Made by a program: the position numbers and the translations under genes. A stretch of 63,873 nucleotides of DNA, filler included. It is 5 parts of 5 records of this genome, joined end to end, with 100 filler letters (N's around TTAATTAATTAA, not from the genome) between each part and the next. Parts side by side here need not be neighbours in the genome. Positions count along the whole stretch, not along the records: positions 21,798 to 39,990 come from DRR723986_26359; positions 40,091 to 58,695 come from DRR723986_26391; 3 more parts are not named here. One strand, 5' to 3'. This document shows positions 37,765 to 48,900 of this stretch, piece after piece. The notes beneath the pieces were generated by a model, which did not search any database, was not told the DNA's origin, and saw nothing but the letters and a program-made list of their open reading frames with translations. The first letter of the stretch is position 1. Each line of letters begins with the position of its first letter.

Positions 37765-39837
37765 CTATCTGTATCTTCCAAGTCCTTTAGGAGATCCTAG
37801 ACGATCCATAGCACATCTGAATCCGATCGTTGCTGTAGATTGATCTTCATCTAAGAATCTTCTGTTAGAACCAACAATCCAGAATGCTCTGTCTTTCCAT
37901 GAACCACCTTTATACACTCTTGATTTATCAGAAATCAATGTAGTTGGCCATGCTGCTTGTGCATCAGAATTGATAGTCGCACCAGTTAAATCGTATTCTT
38001 CATGATCATTTTGGTACATCACTAATGACTCATCTCTAATTCCTTCATTCACTTTATTCTTTCTTTCATCATGACGCGTTAAAGATCTATCCGTAGTTCC
38101 ACCATAGAACATAGAAGACTCAAAATCTCCATCAACAAAGTCTCTGTAATCAGAATTCTTGTAGTTTGTTCTATTAATGTTCTCTTCAGCTGTTACTTGT
38201 CTCCATTTTAATTTACCAGGAGTGTTGACGATATATTCAGCCATTCCAATTCTTAACTCAGAGATAATTTCAAGAGGATACGTATTTCCTAAATTATCTT
38301 GAATATCGAATCTTGGATCAACACCATCAAATAATCCATCAAAAATGTTTGTTTGAATGATCTCAGAAGCTTCCATATACCACTGGTTATCAGCTGCATC
38401 AATCGCTTGGTCAACAACTCTGTTCAATTCGTATAGCAATTCTAACTCAATTGAGTCTTTCGCTTTGTTTTTAGAAAGATAAACTTGCTCTGGTGGTGCA
38501 TTGTAGTAATCAATATCATTTCTTGACTTCACATTCATTGTCATTCCAGGATAAGTCAAAGATGTAGTATCTGATGCTGACGGCATGTGGTCACCAGCTG
38601 AAATTCTTTGGTATCTCTTTCTTTCATACTCATGTAAGTATTCTTTGATTCCATATACATCATATAATACTTGAGTTGTTTTCTCATCAATCACACCGTC
38701 ATTTCCAAGTACTTTAGTTTTAAATACATTTCCTCTAAACGGTCTGAATTCATCAAAGTCTTCATGAGAAAGTGGTCTGTATACATCCATTACCCATTCT
38801 GATACGTTACCAGCCATGTGGTATAATCCATAATCATTTGGCCAGTATGAATCAACCGGGGCAGTAACATCAGCAGCATCATTCAATGCACCTGCAGTAC
38901 CCATCATATCACCTCTTCCTCTTACAAAGTTAGCTCTAATATCACCTTGAAACTCTGCATTATCTTGTCTAACCCAGTGTCCAGTCCATGGGTAAGTTCT
39001 TCTGTTTTCAATTACACCAGGATCTTCTGCGTTTGTCATTGATCCAACTAAACCGTAGTATGCAAATTCCCACTCAGCTTCAGTTGGTAGTCTGTAACGT
39101 GGTAATAAAATACCATCTTCCATTCTAACAATACGTTGTCCTAAATCTTTTCTTTTTCCACTCCAACCTTGCATAGGGTCTAGGTTGATAAGTTGTTGCT
39201 CTTTTTCTTCTTGAGGTTGCGGATGATATTGGTTAGCCAAATATGCATCTGTAGTAAATGGCTCTCCAGCTTGATCTGGGTTCCAAGTTAATACACCCTC
39301 ACGAATTAAAATAAACTCATTTACACGGTCTGTTCTCCATTTGCAGAAATCATTCGCTTGATTCCAACTAACACCAACTACAGGATAGTTTTGGTAAGCA
39401 GGATGACGTAAATAATATTCTACATATGGCTCGTTGTAAGCCAATGGAGATCTCCAACAGTTAGTATCTGGTAGAGCATTATGATAAATCATTGGAAACT
39501 CTTCGTAAGTTCTTCTTGTCCAATACAAGTATTCTAACCAGTTAAAGTTAGTTACCTCAAATTGATCCATGTAGAATGAAGAAACTGTTACACGTCTTGG
39601 GATGTTATTCCATTCGTAAGTAACATCTTGCTCAGCTCTACCCATGGTGAATGTACCACCTTCAACTAGTATAAGTCCAGGACCTGTTTCTTGATCGAAA
39701 TAAGGAACTTTTTGAAATCCACCATTTCTTGGTTGATTGTACTCCCAGCCTGTTGTATTCGATCTTTCTCTACCACAACCTATTAATAATAGACTGGCAG
39801 CTAGAATTCCGAATAATTTTTTCCCTTGCATTTTCAT
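37765..39837 (-). CDS. gldJ: gliding motility lipoprotein GldJ (FGE/SUMF1 fold)
   Basis: lipobox; SNTTGWEYN, GPGLILVEGGTFTMG, YLRHPAY-NYPVVGVSW, RLPTEAEWE, MAGNVSEWV, RVYKGGSW, IGFRCAM. Confidence 0.85.
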   Translation of the reverse strand: MKMQGKKLFGILAASLLLIGCGRERSNTTGWEYNQPRNGGFQKVPYFDQETGPGLILVEGGTFTMGRAEQDVTYEWNNIPRRVTVSSFYMDQFEVTNFNWLEYLYWTRRTYEEFPMIYHNALPDTNCWRSPLAYNEPYVEYYLRHPAYQNYPVVGVSWNQANDFCKWRTDRVNEFILIREGVLTWNPDQAGEPFTTDAYLANQYHPQPQEEKEQQLINLDPMQGWSGKRKDLGQRIVRMEDGILLPRYRLPTEAEWEFAYYGLVGSMTNAEDPGVIENRRTYPWTGHWVRQDNAEFQGDIRANFVRGRGDMMGTAGALNDAADVTAPVDSYWPNDYGLYHMAGNVSEWVMDVYRPLSHEDFDEFRPFRGNVFKTKVLGNDGVIDEKTTQVLYDVYGIKEYLHEYERKRYQRISAGDHMPSASDTTSLTYPGMTMNVKSRNDIDYYNAPPEQVYLSKNKAKDSIELELLYELNRVVDQAIDAADNQWYMEASEIIQTNIFDGLFDGVDPRFDIQDNLGNTYPLEIISELRIGMAEYIVNTPGKLKWRQVTAEENINRTNYKNSDYRDFVDGDFESSMFYGGTTDRSLTRHDERKNKVNEGIRDESLVMYQNDHEEYDLTGATINSDAQAAWPTTLISDKSRVYKGGSWKDRAFWIVGSNRRFLDEDQSTATIGFRCAMDRLGSPKGLGRYR

Positions 39838-39902
39838 GATTTAGCTAAAATTTATTTTTTCAATCGTACAGCTATAACAAATTACTGATTAAAGGTTACA
39901 AA

Positions 39903-39989
39903 TTAAAATGATGGACATGATATGGTTCTAAATCTCTGCGGCTTTTTCTTGCAGTTGAAATTTAATCCCATAGAAAGTTCATGCGAACC
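39903..39989 (-). CDS. C-terminus of a PorP/SprF family T9SS membrane protein (partial)
   Basis: GSHELSMGLNFNCKKKPQRFRTISCPSF*; immediately upstream of gldJ; not in the ORF track. Confidence 0.7.
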   Translation of the reverse strand, partial: GSHELSMGLNFNCKKKPQRFRTISCPSF

Positions 39990-39990
39990 A

Positions 39991-40090
39991 NNNNNNNNNN
40001 NNNNNNNNNNNNNNNNNNNNNNNNNNNNNNNNNNTTAATTAATTAANNNNNNNNNNNNNNNNNNNNNNNNNNNNNNNNNNNNNNNNNNNN
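39991..40090. other. artificial contig linker
   Basis: N44-TTAATTAATTAA-N44. Confidence 0.99.
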
Positions 40091-40120
40091 AGCTGCTCTA
40101 GCCAGCTGAGCTATATCGGC
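40091..40120 (-). tRNA. 5' 30 nt of a tRNA, probably tRNA-Thr (truncated before the anticodon)
   Basis: GCCGATATAGCTCAGCTGGCTAGAGCAGCT, acceptor 5' strand plus D-arm. Confidence 0.7.
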
Positions 40121-40155
40121 AGAAGCATTGGCAAAATTAAAATTTGCCAATTAAA

Positions 40156-40425
40156 TTATTTCAATTTGTTTATTCTGTCTATGAGGGCTCTCCCTTTAGA
40201 TTCTAAATCGTTATTAATTGCCTTAAAATGGGCTTTGACATTATCTACGTCTCTTTCATTAACACGAGCAATTAACTCATCAAATCCTGCAAATGCCTCA
40301 TCAATAATAGCATCACTCTCCTTTGTTGGTTTTTGAGTGTTTTCTAACTCCCAATAGTATACCGCCTCAATGATATCTCCAAAAACATAATTAATATCCT
40401 TTTTAAGGTCTCTTTTATTTGCCAT
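40156..40425 (-). CDS. conserved Bacteroidetes hypothetical protein
   Basis: MANKRDLKKDINYVFGDIIE motif. Confidence 0.8.
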   Translation of the reverse strand: MANKRDLKKDINYVFGDIIEAVYYWELENTQKPTKESDAIIDEAFAGFDELIARVNERDVDNVKAHFKAINNDLESKGRALIDRINKLK

Positions 40426-40495
40426 AATAATTGTATTTATATTGGTACAAATGTAGTAAATCCAAGTTTTAATAACTGAATATTAAAGTGAAGTT

Positions 40496-41467
40496 TTAAA
40501 CATAAACTTCAAGAAGTTTTGCACCTTTTGTTTTTAATTGAAATTCTTTTATCGAAGCAGGAATCAATATTGTTTCTCCTTTTGAAATTGTATCTACAGT
40601 TTTTGAAGTTTTTAATTCTACCACACCATCTACACACATATAAATAATAAACGAATCATATGTATTATTCTTTAACAAATCAGTATCTAATTCAACATAA
40701 TTTGTAGTAAAGAATGGACAACTTACCATTTTATTAGATATGTTCTTTTGGGTACTATAGGAAACTCTATAGTCATCTTCCATATCAAACTTAAATGCAT
40801 CTATAGCTATATCGTTATGTAACTCTCTTTCATTACCATCTTTATCTTTTCTGTCCCAATCATAAACACGATAGGTTACATCACTAGTTTGTTGTATCTC
40901 TGCCAACAACACTCCTGCTCCTATGGCATGTACACGACCAGCTTCTATAAAATAAGTGTCACCTTCTTTGACTTTATCAAAATTTAGAATTTTAGTTAGA
41001 GTCTTATCTTTTAGATGTTTTAAATAAATTTCCTCATCTACTTTTTGATTAAAACCAACAATTAAATTTGAGTCTTTATCAGCCTGCATTACATACCACA
41101 TCTCTGTTTTTCCAAATGAGTTATGTCGCTCTTTAGCCAACCTATCATCTGGATGCAGTTGTATACTTAAATCTTCTTTTGCATCAATGAATTTAATAAG
41201 CAGTGGAAATTCATTACCAAAACGATTGTAGTTTTTAACTCCTAAAATATCTTTTGTATACCTATCAATAAGTGATTGCAAAGATTCACCCTTTAAATCT
41301 CCTTTAGAAACAACAGAAATATCACCTGGTACAGTGCTTATCTCCCAGCTCTCACCCAATTGGCTAGAGTCTGATTCTTTATTAAAAAATTGATTTAGTT
41401 TTTGTCCTCCCCAAATTTTATCTTTTAAAATAGGAGTGAACTTTAATGGATGTAAAATGTCGCTCAT
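40496..41467 (-). CDS. manA: type I mannose-6-phosphate isomerase
   Basis: IWGG, GESWEIS, FPLLIKFIDA, LSIQLHP, GKTEMW, EIQQTSDVTYRVYD. Confidence 0.93.
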   Translation of the reverse strand: MSDILHPLKFTPILKDKIWGGQKLNQFFNKESDSSQLGESWEISTVPGDISVVSKGDLKGESLQSLIDRYTKDILGVKNYNRFGNEFPLLIKFIDAKEDLSIQLHPDDRLAKERHNSFGKTEMWYVMQADKDSNLIVGFNQKVDEEIYLKHLKDKTLTKILNFDKVKEGDTYFIEAGRVHAIGAGVLLAEIQQTSDVTYRVYDWDRKDKDGNERELHNDIAIDAFKFDMEDDYRVSYSTQKNISNKMVSCPFFTTNYVELDTDLLKNNTYDSFIIYMCVDGVVELKTSKTVDTISKGETILIPASIKEFQLKTKGAKLLEVYV

Positions 41468-41471
41468 AAAA

Positions 41472-41882
41472 TTATTCGCCAGAATAGGTCACAAAGTTAC
41501 GAGGAGTTTCGTAAAGTGTGATTTCTAAATGAAACTTTGAATCTAATTTTGCTTTTATTTTGTTGTATATAATCACAGCAATGTTCTCTGCAGTAGGATT
41601 TAAATCTTTAAATTCTGGAACTTCTACATTAAGATTTTTATGGTCAAAGGTGTTTTCAACCTCAGATTTTATAATATCCTTGAGAATTTTAACATCAATA
41701 ACATAACCTGTCTCAGGATCAATTTCACCTGTAACACTTGCAATTAACTCATAATTATGACCATGAAAATTTGGGTTATTACACAATCCAAAAACAGCAT
41801 CATTTTTCTCAAAACTCCAATCCTTTCTGTATAACCTATGTGCAGCATTAAAGTGCGCTTTTCTATGTACAGTTACTTTCAT
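41472..41882 (-). CDS. queD: 6-carboxytetrahydropterin synthase
   Basis: FNAAHRL, CNNPNFHGHNY, PTAENIA, LYET. Confidence 0.9.
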   Translation of the reverse strand: MKVTVHRKAHFNAAHRLYRKDWSFEKNDAVFGLCNNPNFHGHNYELIASVTGEIDPETGYVIDVKILKDIIKSEVENTFDHKNLNVEVPEFKDLNPTAENIAVIIYNKIKAKLDSKFHLEITLYETPRNFVTYSGE

Positions 41883-42409
41883 TATTTGTTATTTACATTT
41901 ATATGTTCGTAAAACTTCTCAAAGATAATTTTAAACCAAGCTGTATAAGTGTCAGGGTTTAAGGTCATATCAACTTTTACTTGCTCTAGCGGCATCCATT
42001 TCCAGTCAGCAACTTCGTCTTTATTTATTATTGGTTTATCATTGTAATTACCAATCATTACATGATCATATTCGTGCTCTGTTAATCCGTTATCAAAAGG
42101 AGCCTTATATATAAAAGAAATTGATTCTTTCAACTCTGTTACAAATCCCATTTCTTCTTGTAATCTGCGCTTTCCTGCTTCTATATTAGATTCTCCATTT
42201 CTTTGGTGACTGCAACAGGTGTTAGTCCATAATCCTGGTGAATGGTACTTATGCAAGGCACGTTGCTGAAGCATAAGCTCATTAGCATCATTAAATATAA
42301 ATACCGAAAAAGCACGATGTAAGACTGCTTTCTTATGCGCCTCCATCTTAGGCATTAAACCTATTTGGTTATCTTGTTCATCTACTAAGATGACTTGTTC
42401 TTCTGTCAT
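41882..42409 (-). CDS. idi: isopentenyl-diphosphate Delta-isomerase type 1
   Basis: LHRAFSVF, WTNTCCSH, EHEYDHV, WFK. Confidence 0.96.
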   Translation of the reverse strand: MTEEQVILVDEQDNQIGLMPKMEAHKKAVLHRAFSVFIFNDANELMLQQRALHKYHSPGLWTNTCCSHQRNGESNIEAGKRRLQEEMGFVTELKESISFIYKAPFDNGLTEHEYDHVMIGNYNDKPIINKDEVADWKWMPLEQVKVDMTLNPDTYTAWFKIIFEKFYEHINVNNK

Positions 42410-42456
42410 ATTGCAAAATTACTATCTAAAGCTTAAAAAAAAGTGAATGATATCAT

Positions 42457-42490
42457 AAAAAATAGCCGTTTAAATTACTAAACGGCTATT
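42457..42490 (-). terminator. rho-independent terminator
   Basis: AATAGCCGTTTA-N6-TAAACGGCTATT plus T-run on the minus strand. Confidence 0.8.
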
Positions 42491-42511
42491 CATACTTTTA
42501 TTTGTTATAAT

Positions 42512-43135
42512 TTAATCTTGTTTATCTATACAAGATTTACCATTTATACTTGTAATTATAAATTCACTACGTCTGTTTAACTGATGCTCTGCTTCAGAAC
42601 AACTAGATTCATTCGTAGGCTCACAACCACAATCGTTAACTAATTGAGATTCTCCATATCCTTTAGCTGTTAAACGCTCTGGTGCAATACCTTTGTCAAT
42701 TAAGTACTGACGTGTTGATTGTGCACGGTTTTCCGATAATGTTTCATTATAAGCATATGTTGCATTTAATAAACCTGTATTACCTGGAGAAGCATCTGAT
42801 ACGTCAAATTCAGTTGTGTCCCAATCCGCATTTGTAAAATCACCTCCATTAGGACTTGCAGTTCTTAAGCTACGTCTATCAATACCTGTAATACATCCAT
42901 CAGCAAAGGCAGCCTCTAAATCATCAAAAACCTGAATACCACTAACTGGATTTAAGGTATTATTGGTTATATTAATCTGGTATCTCACTCTGTAGTTACC
43001 ACTTGGAGTATAACCTTGATCACATGACGATATAGCCATATCCAATTGTGCAAAAGCCACGATTGGAATAAAAAAGGCCAAAGCTAAAGTTAGAAAATAC
43101 TTTTTATTAAACGAGAATCGTGTAGAGATTTTCAT
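42512..43135 (-). pseudogene. in-frame chimera: N-terminus of a large surface adhesin fused to the C-terminal half of an OmpA-like domain
   Basis: signal peptide plus DUF11-like start (VRYQINITN...IQVFDDL), then abruptly AYNETLSENRAQS...GYGESQL...LNRRSEF with no upstream HTD motif. Confidence 0.65.
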
Positions 43136-43526
43136 AATATTGTATAGTTGATGTATAATTCAATTAACAATGCGTGGGCAGATAAATATACCGATAAAAT
43201 GCAAATATATTCGTTAAAGTGCAAAAAACAAATTATTTGTAAGATAATTCTATATAATTTGAACATCTTACAACTGAGTTTATGAATAAGACACGTTAAG
43301 ATGCCTTATTGTCACACTATAAAATTTTCCAAATAATATTCTACGTGAAGTGACTTGCTATTAATCAACTTCATAACAAAAATAATCTTAATTTTTTCTT
43401 AACTTGAAAATACAGCATTTCTCTTTAAAGATTTATACAATTTTTAAGTTAGATTAGATTCTTTCAATTTATAATTAATCTAAATTATACCGTTATATTT
43501 GCAATCGCTTTTTAATCAGCAACCAA

Positions 43527-45116
43527 ATGAATTTTTTACAAGAAATAGAAAGACGGCGTACCTTTGGTATAATATCTCACCCAGATGCAGGTAAAACTAC
43601 ACTTACCGAAAAATTACTGTTATTCGGTGGTGCCATACAAGAAGCAGGAGCTGTAAAAAGTAACAAAATAAAAAAAGGTGCTACCAGTGATTTTATGGAA
43701 ATTGAACGTCAGCGTGGTATTTCTGTGGCGACCTCTGTACTAGCTTTTGAGTATAATGGTATTAAAATAAATATCCTTGATACTCCAGGTCACAAAGATT
43801 TTGCCGAAGACACCTTTAGAACATTGACTGCGGTCGATAGTGTTATAGTTGTAATTGATGTAGCGAAAGGTGTTGAGGAACAAACTGAAAAATTGGTAGA
43901 AGTATGTAGAATGCGTAACATACCAATGATAGTGTTCATTAACAAATTAGATAGAGAAGGAAAGGATGCCTTTGATCTTTTAGATGAAGTTGAGCAAAAA
44001 TTAGGTTTAAAGGTAACACCAATGAGCTTTCCTATTGGTATGGGCTATGATTTTAAAGGCATATATAATCTTTGGGAGAAAAATGTAAATCTATTTACTG
44101 GGGAAAGTAAACATCATATTAATGATACCATTGAGGTTTCTGATTTAAACGATACAGCGTTAGACAAATTAGTTGGTGATACGGCAGCTAATACTCTCCG
44201 TGAAGAAATTGAACTTGTATCAGGAATATATCCTGAATTTAATAAAGATCAATATCTTAAAGGAGACTTGCAACCTGTATTTTTTGGTTCTGCTCTTAAC
44301 AATTTTGGTGTTAGAGAATTATTAGATTGTTTTGTTGAAATAGCACCAAAACCAAGACCTAAACAAAGTGAAGAACGTCTAGTAAAACCCGAAGAAAATA
44401 AGTTTACTGGTTTTGTCTTTAAAATTCACGCTAACATGGATCCTAATCACAGAAACCGATTAGCGTTTGTAAAAATTGTGTCTGGCGAATTTAAAAGAAA
44501 TACACCCTATTTACATGTTAGACATAATAAGAAATTGAAGTTTTCAAGTCCAAATGCATTCTTCGCTGAAAAAAAAGAAATTGTTGACATCTCCTTTCCT
44601 GGCGATATTGTTGGCTTACAGGATACTGGTAATTTTAAAATTGGTGATACTTTAACTGAAGGTGAAGTTATAAACTATAAAGGAGTGCCCAGTTTTTCAC
44701 CTGAACATTTTAGATATATCAACAATGCTGACCCAATGAAAGCAAAGCAACTTTATAAAGGCATTGATCAGTTAATGGATGAAGGTGTAGCACAATTATT
44801 TACATTAGATTATAATGGTCGTAAAGTTATTGGTACAGTTGGTGCGTTACAATATGAAGTTATACAATATAGACTCGAGCATGAGTATGGTGCAAAATGT
44901 ACTTATGAAAATTTAAACGTACATAAAGCCTGTTGGGTACAAACGGAAGATGAAAAGAGTGAGGAATTTAAAGAGTTTCTTCGTGTAAAGCAGCGTTATT
45001 TAGCAAAAGACAAACAAGATCAGCTCGTTTTTTTAGCAGATTCAATGTTCTCACTGCAAATAACACAGCAAAAATATCCAAGTATTATATTTCATATGAC
45101 TTCTGAATTTGAATAA
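43527..45116 (+). CDS. prfC: peptide chain release factor 3
   Basis: RRRTFGIISHPDAGKTTLTEKLLL, DTPGHKDFAEDT, NKLDR; TATATTTG -7 box at 43494. Confidence 0.98.
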   Translation: MNFLQEIERRRTFGIISHPDAGKTTLTEKLLLFGGAIQEAGAVKSNKIKKGATSDFMEIERQRGISVATSVLAFEYNGIKINILDTPGHKDFAEDTFRTLTAVDSVIVVIDVAKGVEEQTEKLVEVCRMRNIPMIVFINKLDREGKDAFDLLDEVEQKLGLKVTPMSFPIGMGYDFKGIYNLWEKNVNLFTGESKHHINDTIEVSDLNDTALDKLVGDTAANTLREEIELVSGIYPEFNKDQYLKGDLQPVFFGSALNNFGVRELLDCFVEIAPKPRPKQSEERLVKPEENKFTGFVFKIHANMDPNHRNRLAFVKIVSGEFKRNTPYLHVRHNKKLKFSSPNAFFAEKKEIVDISFPGDIVGLQDTGNFKIGDTLTEGEVINYKGVPSFSPEHFRYINNADPMKAKQLYKGIDQLMDEGVAQLFTLDYNGRKVIGTVGALQYEVIQYRLEHEYGAKCTYENLNVHKACWVQTEDEKSEEFKEFLRVKQRYLAKDKQDQLVFLADSMFSLQITQQKYPSIIFHMTSEFE

Positions 45117-45257
45117 AAAAGGTGTGCAGTTCATCGAATGGACTTTTAAAAAACAACATTTTAACGATGTATTTTGTTTTTTGTCGATATTTTGATTATT
45201 CTTGAAGATCAATTTTTACTTTGATAATAAGATTAACCCCAAAACTAATCTACTTTT

Positions 45258-45488
45258 ATGGAAACAAATGCCAACGTTTTCAGTAATGATGACATTACTG
45301 TAACCTACAACCCTAGATGTTGTGCAAATGCAGAACTTTGTGCAAGACAACTCTCAGATGTATTTAGAAGCGCCGTAATACCATGGATTAATTTAGACGG
45401 AGCCAAAACAAACCAAATTATTAAACAAGTTAAAAAATGCCCAACTGGAGCATTACAATATTATTTAAATCAAAAAGATGTCGCCTAA
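45258..45488 (+). CDS. divergent 4Fe-4S mono-cluster protein (Fer4_19/YjdI-like)
   Basis: CCANAELC...VF...PWI...CPTGAL. Confidence 0.85.
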   Translation: METNANVFSNDDITVTYNPRCCANAELCARQLSDVFRSAVIPWINLDGAKTNQIIKQVKKCPTGALQYYLNQKDVA

Positions 45489-45511
45489 TTAAATAGGTAA
45501 TTGAACCGCTT

Positions 45512-45546
45512 AAAAAAACCCTTTGATATAATTTCAAAGGGTTTTT
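45512..45546. terminator. bidirectional terminator
   Basis: AAAAACCCTTTGA-N7-TCAAAGGGTTTTT between convergent genes. Confidence 0.8.
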
Positions 45547-45552
45547 ATTTTT

Positions 45553-45870
45553 TTAGGCTTGTCCTGTCGGCCCGAAATTTAATGGTATCGGAGGCTGCTC
45601 ATAATCTTTAATCTCTCCATGAGCCTTTTCAAAACGCGTTACATTATCACCTAATGCTTTTAATAAGCGTTTAGCATGCTGTGGAGTTAATATTATACGA
45701 GATTTTACTTTACTTTTAGGTGTACCAGGCATTATACTTACAAAATCAACGACAAATTCTGAAACAGAATGGTTGATAATTGCCAGGTTTGAGTAAGTAC
45801 CTTCAGCTACTTTCTCATCCAACTCTATATTAATTTGACCTTTTTTAGGATTGTTTTTATCGTCTGCCAT
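45553..45870 (-). CDS. DUF3467 family protein
   Basis: INIELDEKVAEGTYSNLAIINHS-SEFVVDF; usual position after rpoC in Bacteroidetes. Confidence 0.9.
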   Translation of the reverse strand: MADDKNNPKKGQINIELDEKVAEGTYSNLAIINHSVSEFVVDFVSIMPGTPKSKVKSRIILTPQHAKRLLKALGDNVTRFEKAHGEIKDYEQPPIPLNFGPTGQA

Positions 45871-45953
45871 AATTTTAAAATTTATTAGAACATAAAAAGC
45901 CTTCAAGCATTATACTTGAAGGCTTCTATTAATTATTTTTTAAAGATTCTGAA

Positions 45954-48900
45954 TTAGTTAAAATTCATTTCTTCTTTAGCCTTCATCATTTCATCAAACT
46001 CTTCTTTAGAACCAACGATGATGTTATCATAATCTCTAACACCTGTACCTGCTGGTATTCTATGACCAACAATTACGTTTTCTTTAAGTCCCTCTAGAGT
46101 ATCAACTTTACCATTTACAGCTGCTTCATTCAATACTTTTGTTGTTTCCTGGAATGATGCTGCCGAAATAAATGACTTAGTTTGTAATGAAGCTCTAGTT
46201 ATACCTTGTAAGATTGGTGTAGCTGTAGCAGGACTTGCATCTCTCGCTGTCACTAAATTCTTATCTTCTCTTCGTAAACTAGAGTTTTCATCTCGTAGGT
46301 GTCTTACTGATACTATCTGACCTGATTTTAAATTTTCAGAATCACCAGCATCCTCTACCACTTTCATTCCGAAAATCTTATCGTTTTCTTCAATGAAATC
46401 TGATTTGTGAACTAATTGGTTTTCTAAGAAAATTGTATCACCAGAATCAATGATCCTTACTTTACGCATCATTTGTCTTACAACAACTTCAAAGTGCTTA
46501 TCATTAATCTTTACACCTTGTAATCGATATACTTCTTGCACCTCGTTAACTAAATATTGTTGCACAGCTGATGGGCCTTTGATATTTAAAATATCATTAG
46601 GTGTAATTGAACCATCAGATAATGGCATACCCGCTTTAACATAATCATTTTCTTGTACAAGAATCTGATTAGATAATTTAACTAAGTATTTCTTAATCTC
46701 ACCTAATTTAGACTCGATTATAATCTCGCGATTACCTCGTTTGATCTTACCAAATGACACAACACCATCAATCTCACTTACTACAGCAGGATTAGAAGGA
46801 TTACGTGCTTCAAATAATTCAGTAACACGAGGAAGACCACCAGTAATATCACCCGCTTTAGCAGATTTACGTGGAATCTTCACTAAGATTTTACCTATGT
46901 CAATCTTCTCACCATCATCAATCATTATATGAGCGCCAACTGGTAAGTTATAAGAACGGATAGTTTCACCTTTCTTATCTTCAATCAATAAAGTAGGAAT
47001 TAACTTCTTGTTTCTAGATTCAGAGATTACTTTCTCCTGGAAACCAGTTTGTTCATCTATCTCTACTTGATATGTAATACCTTGTTCAATATTTTCATAC
47101 TTCACTTTACCAGCAAATTCTGAAATTATCACACCATTGTATGGATCCCATTGACAAATTACATCACCTTTTTTCACTTTAGCACCAGGTTTCACAAAAA
47201 TATGAGAACCGTAAGGGATGTTATTGGTACTTAATACAATACCTGTTTTTGCATCGACTAATTTAAGTTCAGAAGTTCTAGAAATTACAACGTCTACTTC
47301 TTTACCTTCATTATCTTTAGATTTTACAGTCTTAAGATCTTCGATTTCAGCAACACCATCAAACTTAACGGTTAACTTATTTTCTTCCGAAATGTTACCT
47401 GCAATACCACCTACGTGGAATGTACGAAGTGTTAACTGCGTACCAGGCTCACCAATTGATTGAGCAGCTACTACACCAACTGCCTCACCTCTTTGTACCA
47501 TTTTACCAGTTGCAAGGTTTCGACCGTAACATTTAACACATATACCTTTTTTAGCTTCACATGTTAATGGTGAACGTACTTCGATAGACTCAATTGGAGA
47601 ATCACCAATTTGCTTTGCGATAGCGTCATTAATATGGCCACCAGCTTCAACTAATAATTCTTCTGTTAATGGATTGTATACATCATTTAATGACGTTCTA
47701 CCCACTATTCTATCTTCAAGTTTTTCAACTATTTCTTCGTTTTTCTTAAGTGCAGAAACTTCAATTCCTCTTAACGTACCGCAATCTTCTTCATATACAA
47801 TAACATCTTGAGATACATCAACTAGACGACGTGTTAAGTAACCAGCATCGGCAGTTTTAAGTGCTGTATCGGCAAGACCTTTACGTGCACCGTGAGTAGA
47901 TATAAAATATTCTAAAATTGAAAGACCTTCTTTAAAGTTTGAAAGAATTGGATTTTCAATAATTTCTCCACCACCTGCATTAGACTTTTTAGGTTTAGCC
48001 ATTAATCCACGCATACCTGTTAACTGACGAATCTGTTCTTTAGATCCACGAGCACCAGAATCTAACATCATAAATACTGAGTTAAATCCTTGTTGATCTT
48101 CACGGATACGCTTCATAGACAGTTCTGTTAACTCTGCGTTTGTAGATGTCCAGATATCGATTACTTGGTTGTAACGTTCATTATTGGTAATAAGACCCAT
48201 ATTATAGTTACCCATAATACCATCTACCTGCTTGTTAGCAGCATCAATCATAGTATGCTTTTCCTGTGGTATAATAATATCACCTAAACTGAATGATAAT
48301 CCACCTTGGAATGCAAACTTATATCCTAAAGTTTTTATTTCATCTAAGAACTCTGCTGTTTCAGGCACAGATGTTACTTTAAGGATACCATGAATAATAT
48401 CTCTCAAAGATTTCTTAGTTAATACCTCATTAATGTAACCAGCTGCTTCTGGTACTTTTTCGTTGAAAAGTACACGACCTACAGTTGTTTCAATAATTTG
48501 TGTTGTTAACTCACCTTCTTCATTAAAGTCTTTAGTTCTTACTTTAATTCCGGCATTAAGGTCAACCTTTTTCTCATTGTAAGCAATTGTTACTTCTTCT
48601 GGAGAATAGAACGTTAAACCTTCACCTTTTACTGTAAAATCTTTATCAGTTTTACGCAACTTAGTCATATAATAAAGACCAAGTACCATATCTTGAGAAG
48701 GTACAGTTACAGGTGAACCATTTGCTGGATTCAAAATATTATGAGACGCTAACATTAATAGCTGCGCTTCTAAAATAGCTTCAGGACCTAATGGTAAATG
48801 CACAGCCATTTGGTCACCATCGAAATCGGCATTAAATGCAGTACACACTAATGGGTGTAATTGGATTGCTTTACCTTCAATAAGTTTAGGCTGAAATGCC

